From the NCBI GenBank assembly GCA_963768655.1, contig CAVYIM010000006.1, positions 246,895 to 310,894 of the forward strand: 64,000 nt of DNA. The letters run 5' to 3'. The DNA comes from an uncultured Chloroflexia bacterium. GTDB taxonomy: Bacteria > Chloroflexota > Limnocylindria > Limnocylindrales > CSP1-4. Under the pieces are notes generated by a model. That model did not search any database, was not told where the DNA came from, and saw only the letters and a list, made by a program, of their open reading frames with translations. The number at the start of each line of letters is the position of its first letter. Within the stretch, counting starts at the first letter, position 1. A program made the translations under genes and the position numbers. Positions 27,368 through 38,061 of the stretch are shown one piece after another.

Positions 27368-28326
27368 GGCGGCAAACGATCGTCGTGCCTGAAACCGCTC
27401 AGGGTCGCGTCGATCGTTTCCTGGCCGACGTGTCCGGGCTTTCCCGAAGCTACGTCCAGAAGCTCATCACCGAGGGTCACGTGACGGCAGCCGGTTGCGC
27501 CATCAAGGCCAACGACGCCATCATCCCTGGCTGGGTACTGGACCTCGACGTGCCCGATCCGGTACCTCTGGAGCTCGAGGCGGAACCGATCCCGGTCTCG
27601 GTCGTGTACGAGGACGGCGACCTGCTGATCGTAGACAAGGCCGCGGGGATCGTGGTCCATCCGGCCGTGGGCCACCAGAGCGGCACGCTGGTCAACGCCC
27701 TGTTGGCGCGCGACACCGAGTACGGCGGCATAGCCGGCGTCCAACGACCGGGCATCGTCCATCGCCTGGATCGGGACACGAGCGGCCTGCTCATGGTCGC
27801 CAAGAACGACAGGTCGCAGGCCAGCTTGATGGCGCAGCTCAAGGCGCGCGGCGTCAAGAAAACCTACCTGGGGCTCGTTCAGGGCGCGGTTGCGGCTACG
27901 ACGGGGCGGATCGAGGCCCCCATAGGCCGCGATCCCAGCCATCGAACCAGGATGGCGGTCGTGCCCGACGGGCGGGCGTCGGTGACCGGCTATCGGGTGC
28001 GCGAGCGGCTGGGCGCCTGGACGCTGCTCGAGCTCGACCTCGTGACGGGCCGAACGCACCAGATCCGCGTCCACCTGGCCGCGATAGGCCACCCCCTGGC
28101 GGGCGACCCGGTGTACGGCAATGGCACGTCGCGGCGGGGTCCGGAGGGAACGACCAGGCTGTTCCTCCACAGCTGGCGCATCGAGCTGCAGTCGCCTTCG
28201 GACGGGCACCTGATCCGAGCCACGGCACCGCTGCCGCCGGAGCTGGAGGTGGTGCTCAACGGGCTGCGGGCGGGAGCGGTGGGCTCCGTCGGGGCAGCGC
28301 CGGTCGAGGAGGGGGAGCCGGCATGA
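27364..28326 (+). CDS. rluD: RluA/RluD-family pseudouridine synthase
   Basis: S4 domain, HRLDRDTSG and TGRTHQIRVH motifs. Confidence 0.9.
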   Translation: MRRQTIVVPETAQGRVDRFLADVSGLSRSYVQKLITEGHVTAAGCAIKANDAIIPGWVLDLDVPDPVPLELEAEPIPVSVVYEDGDLLIVDKAAGIVVHPAVGHQSGTLVNALLARDTEYGGIAGVQRPGIVHRLDRDTSGLLMVAKNDRSQASLMAQLKARGVKKTYLGLVQGAVAATTGRIEAPIGRDPSHRTRMAVVPDGRASVTGYRVRERLGAWTLLELDLVTGRTHQIRVHLAAIGHPLAGDPVYGNGTSRRGPEGTTRLFLHSWRIELQSPSDGHLIRATAPLPPELEVVLNGLRAGAVGSVGAAPVEEGEPA

Positions 28327-28997
28327 CCGCGAATCCTCTCGACCGCGCCACGGATGCGGCTCGCGCGGCCGACACCGCCGCGCCGGTCATGCCATCGGAC
28401 CCGCCGAACCCGATGCTCGTCATCATCTCGGGGCCGTCCGGCGTTGGCAAAGACACGATCATCGAGGCGTTGCAGCGGCGGGGCCATCTCCCGGCGTACC
28501 ACTACGTCGTCACCTGCACCACCCGGCCCCGACGGGCCAACGAGATCGACGGGGTGAGCTACAACTTCCTCGACGTGTCGGAGTTCCTGGCCATGCGCGA
28601 CGCCGGCGAGCTTCTGGAGGCGAACGAGGTCCACGGCAACTGGTACGGCACCCCACGCGCCGGCGTTCGGGACGCGCTCGCGCGCGGCCAGCACGCCATT
28701 CTCAAGATCGACGTCCAGGGGGCTGAGGTGGTCAAGCGAGAGGTTCCCGGCGCCCTTCTGATCTTCGTCCTGCCGCCGTCCATGGAGACTCTCGTCGAGC
28801 ATCTCAAGGCTAGACGCACCGAATCGGCCGAGCAGCTGGAGATTCGCCAGCGCAACGCGGCGCTGGAGCTTGCCCGCAAGGACGATTACGACTACGTGGT
28901 GGTCAACCAGGAGAATCGAGTTGACGCGACGGCGGAGAACATCGAGCAGATCATCACTCAGGAAGAGCGGCGCGGGCCGCGCCAGGTGATCGTCTGA
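28323..28997 (+). CDS. gmk: Guanylate kinase
   Basis: SGPSGVGKDT, TTRPRRANE, YGTP and IDVQGA motifs. Confidence 0.96.
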   Translation: MTANPLDRATDAARAADTAAPVMPSDPPNPMLVIISGPSGVGKDTIIEALQRRGHLPAYHYVVTCTTRPRRANEIDGVSYNFLDVSEFLAMRDAGELLEANEVHGNWYGTPRAGVRDALARGQHAILKIDVQGAEVVKREVPGALLIFVLPPSMETLVEHLKARRTESAEQLEIRQRNAALELARKDDYDYVVVNQENRVDATAENIEQIITQEERRGPRQVIV

Positions 28998-29008
28998 GGA
29001 GACCGACG

Positions 29009-31687
29009 GTGGACTCGGTCTGGGGAGGGCTGAAGGAGTCGGGCGCATCTGCCGAGCCCGAAAGTGGGCCGTCGGAGCATGGCGCCGGCGCCATGTCGCA
29101 GGCCGCCGAAGGTGGGGCGGGAGGCGAGGATGGAGCGGGTTCGGTGGCGCCGCCAGCGGATGTCTCAGCGGGCGCCGACGTAGGGCCAGGCGCCGCCGGT
29201 GCCGGACCGGTCGAAGTCGCGGTCGATGCCCCCGGCGCGTCGCGGACATACACGTATGTGCTGCCCGCTCGACTGGCCGACATCGCGGCCGGTGAGGCGG
29301 TGCTGGTCGAGTTCGGTCGGGGGCGGCAGGCACTCGGGGTGGTGATCGGGCCCGCCGTCGGGGATCTGGCGGGCGAGGCGAAGCCCGTCCTGGCACGAGT
29401 CCGGGCCGATGGGCCCCTGCTGCCGGCGTTGTCACTGGCCTTCGCGCGTTGGATCTCGGAGGAGTACCTGGCGCCGCCCGCCGCCGTCCTGCGGTCGATG
29501 CTGCCGCCCGGGATGCTCGAACGTCTTGACCTCGTAGCGGAGCGGCTTCCGGTGCCGGTCGGCGCCGTGGCCGAGGAGACGCTGCGTGCCGCGGCGGTCG
29601 ATCGGGCGGAGACGGAGCTGCTCGAGAGACTGGCGAATGGGCCGCGCGCCGTCCGTGACCTCGAAGGCGAAGATGGGCCAGCGGCCGCCCTGAGGCGACT
29701 GCGGGCCATGGCTTCGCGCGGCGTGGTGCGGCTGGAATGGACGCTGACGGCCGCTACGGCAGGTCCACGATACGAGCGCTGGCTGGCGCTGACCGCCGAG
29801 GGGAGGGGAGTGGCAGGCGGTGGTGCGGGCGGCCAAGCGGATGTCGGGGTGGGCGACGAGGCGGGCATCAGGGCGGCCGTACCCGGTCCTCGGCTGGGGC
29901 CCCGGCAACGAGCGCTGCTGGCCGATCTCGCCGCTGCCGGAGAGGGCGGCCTGGCCGGCCCCGCGGCTGCGGAGCGCCACGGGCCGGGAACGGCAACGAG
30001 CCTCGAACGGCGGGGCCTGGTGGTAGCCGAGTTGCGCGAGAGGCCGCGCCGTCCGCTCGACAGGCGGAAGCCCGGGCGGCGCGGGACCCGGCCTGAAGGG
30101 GCGGCCCTCACGGCCGCACAGCGGGCGGCGCTCGAGGGCATAGTGGCCGCCGTCGTCGACAGGGACGCGACGCCGCTGCTGCTCGAGGGAGTCACGGGCG
30201 CGGGCAAGACGACCGTCTACGCCGAGGCGATCGCCGAGACTCTGATGACCGGCCGGCCGGCCCTGGTCCTCGTGCCGGAGATCGCGCTGGCGATGCCGCT
30301 CGTCGACCGGCTCCGGGCGGACCTCGATGCCGAGATCGCCATCCTGCATTCGGGGCTGGGAGATGGTGAGCGTGCGGACGAGTGGCGCCGAATTCGAGCG
30401 GGCGGCGCGGACGTCGTCGTGGGAACGCGAATTGCCCTGACCGCGCCGCTGGCCGACATCGGCCTGATCGTCGTCGACGAGGAGCACGACGCCGCGTACA
30501 AGAGCGACCGTACCCCGCGCCTGCAGGCTCGCGATGCCGCCCTCGCCCTGGCCCGCCTCGCCGGTGCGGCGGTGGTTCTCGGCAGCGCGACACCGTCGGT
30601 GGAGAGCGTCGGCCGGGCCAGAGAGGGTCGCTACCGCCACGTGGTGCTGCCGGAGCGCCCCAGCGGCGCGCCGCCCCGGGTCGAGGTCGTAGATCTTCGG
30701 GCCGAGCTCGCGGCCGGCAATCGCGGTCTTCTGTCCGGCCCCCTGAGGGCGGCCCTGGCAAACCTGCCGGAGGGCGAGCGTGCGATCCTCGTTCTCAATC
30801 GCCGCGGCACGGCCTCGGTCGTGGTCTGTCGCGACTGCGGCCACGTGCAGCGCTGTCCCGAGTGCGAGCGAACCCTCGTCTTCCACCAGGCCGGCGTGAC
30901 CCTGCGCTGCCATCACTGCGGGACCGCGACGCCGCTGGCGACCCGCTGTCCCGTCTGCCGTTCGCCCCGCATCCGCTACCTCGGCGGTGGCACCCAGCGG
31001 GTCGAGGAGGAGGTCAAGGCCGCATTCCCGCATCTTCGGGTCGGCCGCCTGGACCGCGACGTCGCCGAGCGCAAGGGCGCCGTCGAGCGTGTCCTCGACG
31101 CCTTCGCCGAGGGCCGCCTGGACGTCCTGGTCGGCACCAGCCTGGTGGCCAAGGGTCTCGACGTCGCCGAGGTGACGCTCGTCGGCGTCGTCTCGGCCGA
31201 CGTCGCCCTCAACCTGCCCGATGAGCGAGCCGCCGAGCGCACCTATCAGCTGCTGACCCAGGCCGTCGGCCGCGCCGGTCGCGGAGAGCGGCCCGGGCGG
31301 GCCATCATCCAGACGTACCTGCCCGACCACGCCGCGATCCAGGCCGTCGCCACTGCCAGCGCCGCCGCCTTCTACGATGCCGAGCTGGCCATTCGTCGCC
31401 GATTCGGTTCGCCGCCTTTCGGGCGGCTGGTCAAGCTGACCGTCGGGCTGCCCGACCATCTGGCGGCCGAGCAGGAGGCCGCCGCAATGGCCGATCGACT
31501 GCGGGCTGCGGCCGTGTCGCGCGGCCTTGCGGTCACGGTTCTCGGGCCGGCACCGGCCTACATCGCGCGCCGCTCGGGCCGCTGGCGCTGGAACGTGGTG
31601 CTTCGCGGCGATCGGCCGCTCGAGCTGCTCAATCCTTTGCCGGGCGCTGCCTGGTCGATCGACGTGGACCCTGACTCGCTGCTGTAG
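29009..31687 (+). CDS. priA: Primosomal protein N' (start may be later)
   Basis: GVTGAGKT, DEEH, LGSATPS, NRRG, eight-Cys Zn region. Confidence 0.95.
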   Translation: MDSVWGGLKESGASAEPESGPSEHGAGAMSQAAEGGAGGEDGAGSVAPPADVSAGADVGPGAAGAGPVEVAVDAPGASRTYTYVLPARLADIAAGEAVLVEFGRGRQALGVVIGPAVGDLAGEAKPVLARVRADGPLLPALSLAFARWISEEYLAPPAAVLRSMLPPGMLERLDLVAERLPVPVGAVAEETLRAAAVDRAETELLERLANGPRAVRDLEGEDGPAAALRRLRAMASRGVVRLEWTLTAATAGPRYERWLALTAEGRGVAGGGAGGQADVGVGDEAGIRAAVPGPRLGPRQRALLADLAAAGEGGLAGPAAAERHGPGTATSLERRGLVVAELRERPRRPLDRRKPGRRGTRPEGAALTAAQRAALEGIVAAVVDRDATPLLLEGVTGAGKTTVYAEAIAETLMTGRPALVLVPEIALAMPLVDRLRADLDAEIAILHSGLGDGERADEWRRIRAGGADVVVGTRIALTAPLADIGLIVVDEEHDAAYKSDRTPRLQARDAALALARLAGAAVVLGSATPSVESVGRAREGRYRHVVLPERPSGAPPRVEVVDLRAELAAGNRGLLSGPLRAALANLPEGERAILVLNRRGTASVVVCRDCGHVQRCPECERTLVFHQAGVTLRCHHCGTATPLATRCPVCRSPRIRYLGGGTQRVEEEVKAAFPHLRVGRLDRDVAERKGAVERVLDAFAEGRLDVLVGTSLVAKGLDVAEVTLVGVVSADVALNLPDERAAERTYQLLTQAVGRAGRGERPGRAIIQTYLPDHAAIQAVATASAAAFYDAELAIRRRFGSPPFGRLVKLTVGLPDHLAAEQEAAAMADRLRAAAVSRGLAVTVLGPAPAYIARRSGRWRWNVVLRGDRPLELLNPLPGAAWSIDVDPDSLL

Positions 31688-32342
31688 TCGTTTCGCCGGG
31701 TGCGGCGGGAGCGGGACCCTGCGCCTGCGCCGGGCCGGAATCCGCGGCCGGCCGGGGAGCCACGACCTTGTACCACTGGTGCTTTCGGACCACGCTTCGC
31801 GCCAGCAAATCGTGGATGCCTGTGCCCTTTCCACCCCTCTGCGTGCTGACGATCAGTTCGGCGAACCAGGCCACGAACAGGACGGCGCTGGGCCACAGAA
31901 GGGCCGGGATCGTGGATGCCATTCCGGGAAAGGTCCAGCCGTAGAGGGCCAGCCACCGGATCGCGGACTGCTGCCACGACAGAGCATTCGGCACCTCGAG
32001 GTCGAAGACGCGCAGGCCTAGGAGCCACTGCCCCAGCGTGCCGCGGGCGAGTCGCCAGAGCGGAATGGCGTAGAGCGCGGACGCTATGGCGAGCAGCAAT
32101 TGGAGCCACTGGGGCGGAATGTAGGTGCCGCTGGCCGTGACCACGGTCCCGTCTACGTCGGTCCAGCTGCCGTTTCTCGGTTGTGAGACCCCGAGCAGGG
32201 TGGCAACGACGAGCACAACAGCAATCAGCAGGGCGAGGTCGATCAACCAGGCCGACAACCGGCGCGCCAGGGAGGCACGGTCCCATGCTTCCTGCCTGAC
32301 GTAGTTGCGCTTCTGTGGTCTTGGGCTCCTGGACGACGCCAT
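31629..32342 (-). CDS. RDD family membrane protein
   Basis: RRLSAWLID, TLGQWLLGLRV and GIHDLLARSVV motifs. Confidence 0.8.
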   Translation of the reverse strand: MASSRSPRPQKRNYVRQEAWDRASLARRLSAWLIDLALLIAVVLVVATLLGVSQPRNGSWTDVDGTVVTASGTYIPPQWLQLLLAIASALYAIPLWRLARGTLGQWLLGLRVFDLEVPNALSWQQSAIRWLALYGWTFPGMASTIPALLWPSAVLFVAWFAELIVSTQRGGKGTGIHDLLARSVVRKHQWYKVVAPRPAADSGPAQAQGPAPAAPGETTTAASQGPRRSTRQRPAKD

Positions 32343-32502
32343 CTTTGGTGCGGCTCCTGCTTGTCCGGCATTCTGATCCGGCCGTCGTCGGGGCGGTCTC
32401 AGAAACCATAGCGCACCACAGCCCGGGCGGGCGCTTGCCGTCGTTTCGACTACCCGGAACGGGCGGCTACCCTCGCCACGGCGCTCGGTATACTCTGCGG
32501 CC

Positions 32503-33024
32503 ATGAGTGTCCGACCAATCGTTCTTCTCGGTGATCCCCGGCTGCGCATGAAGGGCGAGCCGGTCGACAGCTTCGGCAAGTACCTCCACGAGCTGCTCGA
32601 CGATCTCACCGAATCGATGCGACATGCTCCCGGTGTCGGCCTTGCCGCGCCGCAGATCGGGGAGGCGAAGCGAGCCTGTGTCGTCGAGGTCGCTGGCCAG
32701 CTGCATGAGCTGGTCAATCCGCGCATCGTGCGGGCGGACGGCGACAACCGTGACCTGGAGGGATGCCTCTCGATCCCCGGTTACGTGGCCTACGTCACGA
32801 GGCGCGAGAAGATCTGGGTCGTGGCCCAGAACCGGCACGGCAAGAAGATCAAAGTTGCCGGCAGCGGTCTCCTGTCACGGGGGATGCAGCACGAGATCGA
32901 CCACCTGGACGGCAAGCTCTACATCGACTACCTCAACTCGCTCGATGATCTGATCTCGACCGAGGGCGGCGACGACGAGGACGAGGATGGTCTACCGGCA
33001 GCCGCGCGCACCGCCGTAGGGTGA
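32503..33024 (+). CDS. def: Peptide deformylase
   Basis: GVGLAAPQIG, EGCLS and QHEIDHLDG motifs. Confidence 0.97.
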   Translation: MSVRPIVLLGDPRLRMKGEPVDSFGKYLHELLDDLTESMRHAPGVGLAAPQIGEAKRACVVEVAGQLHELVNPRIVRADGDNRDLEGCLSIPGYVAYVTRREKIWVVAQNRHGKKIKVAGSGLLSRGMQHEIDHLDGKLYIDYLNSLDDLISTEGGDDEDEDGLPAAARTAVG

Positions 33025-33986
33025 GCGACCGGGGGGCTGCCGAACCTTCGACCGCCCTTCGGGCCGCCTTCTTCGGCAGCGGCTCGTTCGCCGTCCCGAT
33101 TCTTGATGCGCTCGTCGGCCTGGCCGGCATTCGGGTCGAGGCCGTGGTTTCGGTGCCGGATCGACCGGTCGGCCGCAAGGCGATCCTGACGCCGACTCCA
33201 GTCGCCGCCCGGTCGCGGGAGCTGGGCCTGGCGCTCCTGCAGCCGATTCGAGTGCGCCGGCCCGAGGCTGTCGAGGCCCTGAAGGCGCTGGCGCCCGATC
33301 TCGTCGTCCTGGCCGACTACAGCCAGCTGATCCCGCGGGTTCTGCTCGATCTGCCGCCGCGGGGCTTTCTGAACCTGCATCCGTCCGCGCTGCCGCGCTG
33401 GCGCGGCGCGGCGCCCATCCCGGCCACGATCCTGGCCGGGGACACGGAGTCGGCCGTGACGCTGATGATCCTCACCGAGGAGATGGACGCCGGCCCGATC
33501 GTGGCGGTGGAGCCGCTGGCGGTTCGGGACGGCGACACGGCCGTGACGCTGGAGGAGCGGGCGGCCGAGGCGGCGGCGCGACTGCTCGTTCGAGCGCTGC
33601 CGGAGTGGCTGGCCGGGCGGCTCGTTGCCCGGCCGCAGCCGACCGAAGGCGTTACCGTGACGCGGCCGCTTCGTCGTGAGGACGGGCGGCTGGACCCCGG
33701 GCGAGCGGCGGCCGAGCTGGAGCGCCAGGTGCGAGCCTATCAGCTCTGGCCGGGCAGCTTCATCGAGACCGCAGCGGGGCGGCTCATCGTGTGGAAGGCG
33801 GCTGCCTGCCCGAACGAGCCCGGGGACGAGCCCGGGGAACTCGTGGCTCATGCCGATGGTCTAGCTCTGGCCACGGCATTCGGTCGGTTGCGGCTCGACG
33901 AAGTGCAGCTTGCCGGAAAGGTTCGGGTCACCGGGGCCGAGCTCCGTCGCGGATACCGAGGCCTCGTCGGCACGCTCGTCGGCTGA
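33021..33986 (+). CDS. fmt: Methionyl-tRNA formyltransferase
   Basis: NLHPSALPRWRGAAPI and MDAGP motifs; follows def. Confidence 0.95.
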   Translation: MSDRGAAEPSTALRAAFFGSGSFAVPILDALVGLAGIRVEAVVSVPDRPVGRKAILTPTPVAARSRELGLALLQPIRVRRPEAVEALKALAPDLVVLADYSQLIPRVLLDLPPRGFLNLHPSALPRWRGAAPIPATILAGDTESAVTLMILTEEMDAGPIVAVEPLAVRDGDTAVTLEERAAEAAARLLVRALPEWLAGRLVARPQPTEGVTVTRPLRREDGRLDPGRAAAELERQVRAYQLWPGSFIETAAGRLIVWKAAACPNEPGDEPGELVAHADGLALATAFGRLRLDEVQLAGKVRVTGAELRRGYRGLVGTLVG

Positions 33987-34034
33987 CGGCTCCGGCCGGG
34001 CTCGGCCGCCGGCGCATGCGATAATCGCCGCCCT

Positions 34035-35306
34035 GTGACCGAGCCATCTGCGGCAGCGCGCGCCCATCGCCAATCGAAGCCCGCCACGGATCCCCGCCCG
34101 GGTCTCAGCGGGTTGGCCGACGACGCCATCGAAGCGTGGCTTACGGCTGAGGGCCAGCCCGCCTACCGAGCCCGGCAGATCCTGGACGGCTTGTGGCGCG
34201 GCAACGCGATCACCGCGGAGGAACTTCGCACCTTGCCGGCCGCCCTCCGCGCCAGCCTGGACCGGGCCTTCCGCTTCGACACGATCGCCGCCGACGAGGT
34301 CACCATCTCCGACAAGGGGTTGACCGAGAAGACGCTCCACCTGCTCTCCGACGGAGCCCTGATCGAGTCGGTGGTGATGCACTACCCGGCGCGCGGGCGG
34401 GGCGAGGATGGCCGGCCCGAGCATCGCGAGCGGCATACCTTGTGCATCTCCAGCCAGGCCGGCTGCGCCGTGGGGTGTCCGTTCTGCGCCACCGGCGAAC
34501 TGGGTTTCGGACGCGACCTCGAAACCGCCGAGATCCTGGACCAGGTACGGCACGCAGCCCGGCGTCTGGCGGCCCGCGGCGACCACCCGACCAACGTCGT
34601 CTTCATGGGCATGGGCGAGCCGCTCCTCAATCTCGATCGCGTGCTGGAAGCGGTGGCGGGTCTTTCCGACCCGCAGAGGTTCGGCCTGGGCGCTCGCCAC
34701 GTCGTGGTCTCGACCTCCGGGGTAGTGCCGGGGATCCGCCGCCTCACGCAGCTCAACCCGCAGTTCACGCTGGCGATCAGCCTGCACGCCGCCCGAGATC
34801 CTCTGCGCGACGTCCTCGTCCCGCTGAACCGCCGCTGGCCCGTCGCCGAGGTCGTCGGGGCGGCCCGCGACCATGCGCGCACAACCGGCCGGCGCGTGAG
34901 CTACGAGTACGTGATGATTTCCGGTGTGAACGATACAGACGTCGACGCGGATGCCCTGGCCGGCCTGTTGCGTGGCGACCTGGCCCACGTCAACCTGATC
35001 CCGATGAATCCCGTCGCGCACACGCCCTGGCAGGCCAGCAGCTCGCAGCGCGTTACGCGTTTCGCCGCGCGCCTGCGGCAGGGCGGTATCGGCGCTACTG
35101 TCCGGCGCAACCGCGGCCAGGACGCCGGCGCGGCCTGCGGCCAGCTGGCGGCCGATCGGGCCGGCGAGCCGCCGGCTCCGACCGTGGCCCACCGGCGCGA
35201 GGTCATCGTCCGCCAGAGCGAGGCCGCCCTCAGGGGCGACCGCAGCGCCGAGCGCCTGCCGGCGGACCTCGAGGCGGCGGTCGCAGGCCCGTCGGGTGAC
35301 CGCTGA
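34035..35306 (+). CDS. rlmN: Dual-specificity RNA methyltransferase RlmN
   Basis: CISSQAGCAVGCPFCATG, VFMGMGEP and ACGQL motifs. Confidence 0.95.
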   Translation: MTEPSAAARAHRQSKPATDPRPGLSGLADDAIEAWLTAEGQPAYRARQILDGLWRGNAITAEELRTLPAALRASLDRAFRFDTIAADEVTISDKGLTEKTLHLLSDGALIESVVMHYPARGRGEDGRPEHRERHTLCISSQAGCAVGCPFCATGELGFGRDLETAEILDQVRHAARRLAARGDHPTNVVFMGMGEPLLNLDRVLEAVAGLSDPQRFGLGARHVVVSTSGVVPGIRRLTQLNPQFTLAISLHAARDPLRDVLVPLNRRWPVAEVVGAARDHARTTGRRVSYEYVMISGVNDTDVDADALAGLLRGDLAHVNLIPMNPVAHTPWQASSSQRVTRFAARLRQGGIGATVRRNRGQDAGAACGQLAADRAGEPPAPTVAHRREVIVRQSEAALRGDRSAERLPADLEAAVAGPSGDR

Positions 35307-36301
35307 TGGCCCGCCGCCGCATGCTCGTCAGCACGAGCATTCTCGACGCCGACCTGGCCGATCTCGCCCGCGATTGTCGGCGGGCGTTCAGGGCGGGCTC
35401 GGACCGGCTCCATTTGGATGTCATGGACGGCCACTTCGTCCCCAACATCACCTTCGGACCGACGGTCATCAAGCGCCTGCGGCACATCGGCAAGCAGCCG
35501 TTCGACGCCCACTTGATGATCTCCGAGCCGGGCCGGTACATGGACCAATTCATCGAGGCCGGCTGCGACTCGATCACATTCCACGTCGAGGTCGAAGAGC
35601 CGATCGAGCCGACTCTGCTCAAGATTCGGAAGGCCGGCCGGCAGGCGGGCCTGGCACTGAGGCCGGCGACGCCGCTATCGGCGCTGGAGCCGTACCGTCA
35701 GCTGCTCGACATCGTTATGGTGATGACCGTCGAGCCTGGTTTCGGCGGGCAATCGTTCATGGCGGACGCGGCCACCAAGATCCTGCCGGCGCACGAGCTG
35801 TTCCGCGACCGCGCGCCAGGGCTGCCGGGCGGACAGGTCCACGTCGACGGGGGCGTCAATCGCCACTCGGCGGAGTTGTGCGGTGGGTTTGGAGCGGAGG
35901 TGCTGGTGGTCGGCTCCACGCTGTGGAAGAAGGGCGTGGACATCGCCCGAGAGATACGCTTGATCAAGGCGCTCGCGGACGAGGGCTACGAGAATGGCAC
36001 CGGCAGGGGCAGGGCGGCCATCCCACACGATGAGTGGCTCACTTTCGCGACCCTTCCAAGGTCGATCGGCCGGCGGCTGGCCGAAGCGATGGAGGCGGCG
36101 GGAATTGCCGTGATCCAGCTGCGCGCCGACCGCGTGGCCGGGTCCGGGGGGCCGCGGGACTACGAGCTGCTGATACCCGCCGCCAGCGAGTCCGCCGCGA
36201 TCGAGCGTTTCGGCCGCGCGCGCGAGCAGGCTCAATCCGCCGCGAAGGCCCGGTGCGAGCCGGCTGCCGAGGCCCGAAGCGAGCAAGGAGAGACTGCGTG
36301 A
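35306..36301 (+). CDS. rpe: Ribulose-phosphate 3-epimerase with ~100-aa C-terminal extension
   Basis: HLDVMDGHFVPNITFG, DAHLM, MTVEPGFGGQ and VDGGV motifs. Confidence 0.93.
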   Translation: MARRRMLVSTSILDADLADLARDCRRAFRAGSDRLHLDVMDGHFVPNITFGPTVIKRLRHIGKQPFDAHLMISEPGRYMDQFIEAGCDSITFHVEVEEPIEPTLLKIRKAGRQAGLALRPATPLSALEPYRQLLDIVMVMTVEPGFGGQSFMADAATKILPAHELFRDRAPGLPGGQVHVDGGVNRHSAELCGGFGAEVLVVGSTLWKKGVDIAREIRLIKALADEGYENGTGRGRAAIPHDEWLTFATLPRSIGRRLAEAMEAAGIAVIQLRADRVAGSGGPRDYELLIPAASESAAIERFGRAREQAQSAAKARCEPAAEARSEQGETA

Positions 36302-37569
36302 GCGAGGAAGCAGCCGCGGGTCAGGCGCTGCCGGCGACTGAGGCCTTGCCGCCGGGCGCTCTCCACACGGACGGCGCCTCGGAGGCCGGGCCGGATGTGC
36401 CGCACGCCCACCTGGGGCGTCGCAACGACCGGCTGCTGCTGGCCGCGATCGCGTCCTACGCGGTCATCCTCTCCATCCTGATGATCGCGCGGGGCATCTC
36501 GGTCACGCCCGAGCTGATCGTGGTCGCCTTTGGGCTCGCCGCCTTGCTGCTCGGTCGCGGGAAGCTCTTCCTGCGAGACTGGATCCCGTTCCTGGCCCTG
36601 TTCTTCGCCTATGAGCTGATGCGCGGCTATGCCGACAAGTTCGGCCTGCCGATCCACGTCACGGACGTAATCTCGATCGAGCGAATCATCGGCCTCGGCG
36701 GCCTGCCCACGAGCTACCTTCAGCAGCTCCTGCACCACGGCCCGGCATCCGCTCCGGACAACGTGGCGACGATTTCGGTCATCTTCTACTTCCTGCACTT
36801 CCCCCTGCCGCTGGCCGTCGGGTTCCTGCTGTGGATCCACGAGCGCCACTTCTACTACGACTATGTGGCCGCGCTGATCCTGCTGTCGATGGCGGCTTTC
36901 GTGACGTTCCTGCTCCTGCCGGTCGCGCCGCCCTGGTGGGCCGCCCAGAACGGCTACATCACCGGGGTCCTGCATCTGCGCGACACGGGCTTCGATGGGC
37001 TGGTGAGCCTCTTCGGCTTCGGCAAGAACAACTACCTGTACACGTATTCGCTCTACAGCATCAGCTCCAACGACGTGGCGGCATTCCCCTCGCTCCATGC
37101 CGCCTACCCGTTCCTGGCGTTCCTGTTCGCCAGGCGCGCCTTCGGCAGGGTGGGCTGGCTGATGGCGGCCTATACCGCGTGCGTCTGGTTCGCCATCGTC
37201 TACCTGGGCGAGCACTGGGTCGTCGACATCATCGGCGGCGTCGTCTACGCCTCGATCGCCTATCTGGTAATCCTGCACGGGCCGGCGTGGGGGCGGCGAT
37301 TCCTGAAGCAGGTCGCCGACGAGGAGATCGAAGCCGGGGTCGAGGCGGAGGATGCCGGCGAAGCTGGAGCCCTGCGCCGGATCGGCAGGCGGGTACGCTG
37401 GGCGCTGGTCATCCAGGGCGGCGTGGTTGCGGTGTTGGGCCTGGCCGCCGCGTACGCGATCAACACGCAGGACTGGCTCGGCGGCTCTCAGAGCGGGCTC
37501 TACCTGGTCGCGTGGCTGGCCATGCTCGGCGGGTTGTGGCGCGCCGCTGTCGGCCTGGTCAGTCGCTGA
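36298..37569 (+). CDS. PAP2-superfamily membrane protein (IPC-synthase/PAP2_3-like)
   Basis: PVAPPW, AAFPSLH and HWVVD motifs; multiple TMs. Confidence 0.88.
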   Translation: MSEEAAAGQALPATEALPPGALHTDGASEAGPDVPHAHLGRRNDRLLLAAIASYAVILSILMIARGISVTPELIVVAFGLAALLLGRGKLFLRDWIPFLALFFAYELMRGYADKFGLPIHVTDVISIERIIGLGGLPTSYLQQLLHHGPASAPDNVATISVIFYFLHFPLPLAVGFLLWIHERHFYYDYVAALILLSMAAFVTFLLLPVAPPWWAAQNGYITGVLHLRDTGFDGLVSLFGFGKNNYLYTYSLYSISSNDVAAFPSLHAAYPFLAFLFARRAFGRVGWLMAAYTACVWFAIVYLGEHWVVDIIGGVVYASIAYLVILHGPAWGRRFLKQVADEEIEAGVEAEDAGEAGALRRIGRRVRWALVIQGGVVAVLGLAAAYAINTQDWLGGSQSGLYLVAWLAMLGGLWRAAVGLVSR

Positions 37570-37593
37570 GCCGGGCGCGACGGGAGGATCTGA

Positions 37594-38061
37594 ATGCGCG
37601 CCCTGCTGCAGCGGGTTTCTCGCGCTGAGGTCCGGATCGAAGGTGAGTCCGTGGCCTCGATCGGGCCTGGGCTGCTGATACTGCTGGGTGTTGGCCCGGC
37701 CGACGACGAGTGGGTCGCGTCGGGCCTGGCGGCCAAGGTGGCGGGCCTGCGGATCTTCGCCGACGCCGATGGTCTGACGAACCTATCCGTGACTGAGGTG
37801 GGCGGCTCGGCCCTGGTGGTGAGCCAGTTCACGCTCTACGCGGACACGCGGCGCGGGCGCCGACCATCGTTCATCCGGGCGGCCGGGCCGATCGTCGGCG
37901 AGCGGCTCTACGAGGTCTTCTGCGAGATCCTGGCCAGCTCCGGCATCCCGGTGGCCCAGGGCCGCTTCGGCGCCGAGATGGCGGTCGAGCTGGTCAACGA
38001 CGGTCCGTTCACGATCTGGCTCGATTCGGACGAGCTCGGGATCGCCCCGACGCCGGCATAG
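37594..38061 (+). CDS. dtd: D-aminoacyl-tRNA deacylase
   Basis: [13 protein letters not shown] and NDGPFT motifs. Confidence 0.97.
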   Translation: MRALLQRVSRAEVRIEGESVASIGPGLLILLGVGPADDEWVASGLAAKVAGLRIFADADGLTNLSVTEVGGSALVVSQFTLYADTRRGRRPSFIRAAGPIVGERLYEVFCEILASSGIPVAQGRFGAEMAVELVNDGPFTIWLDSDELGIAPTPA

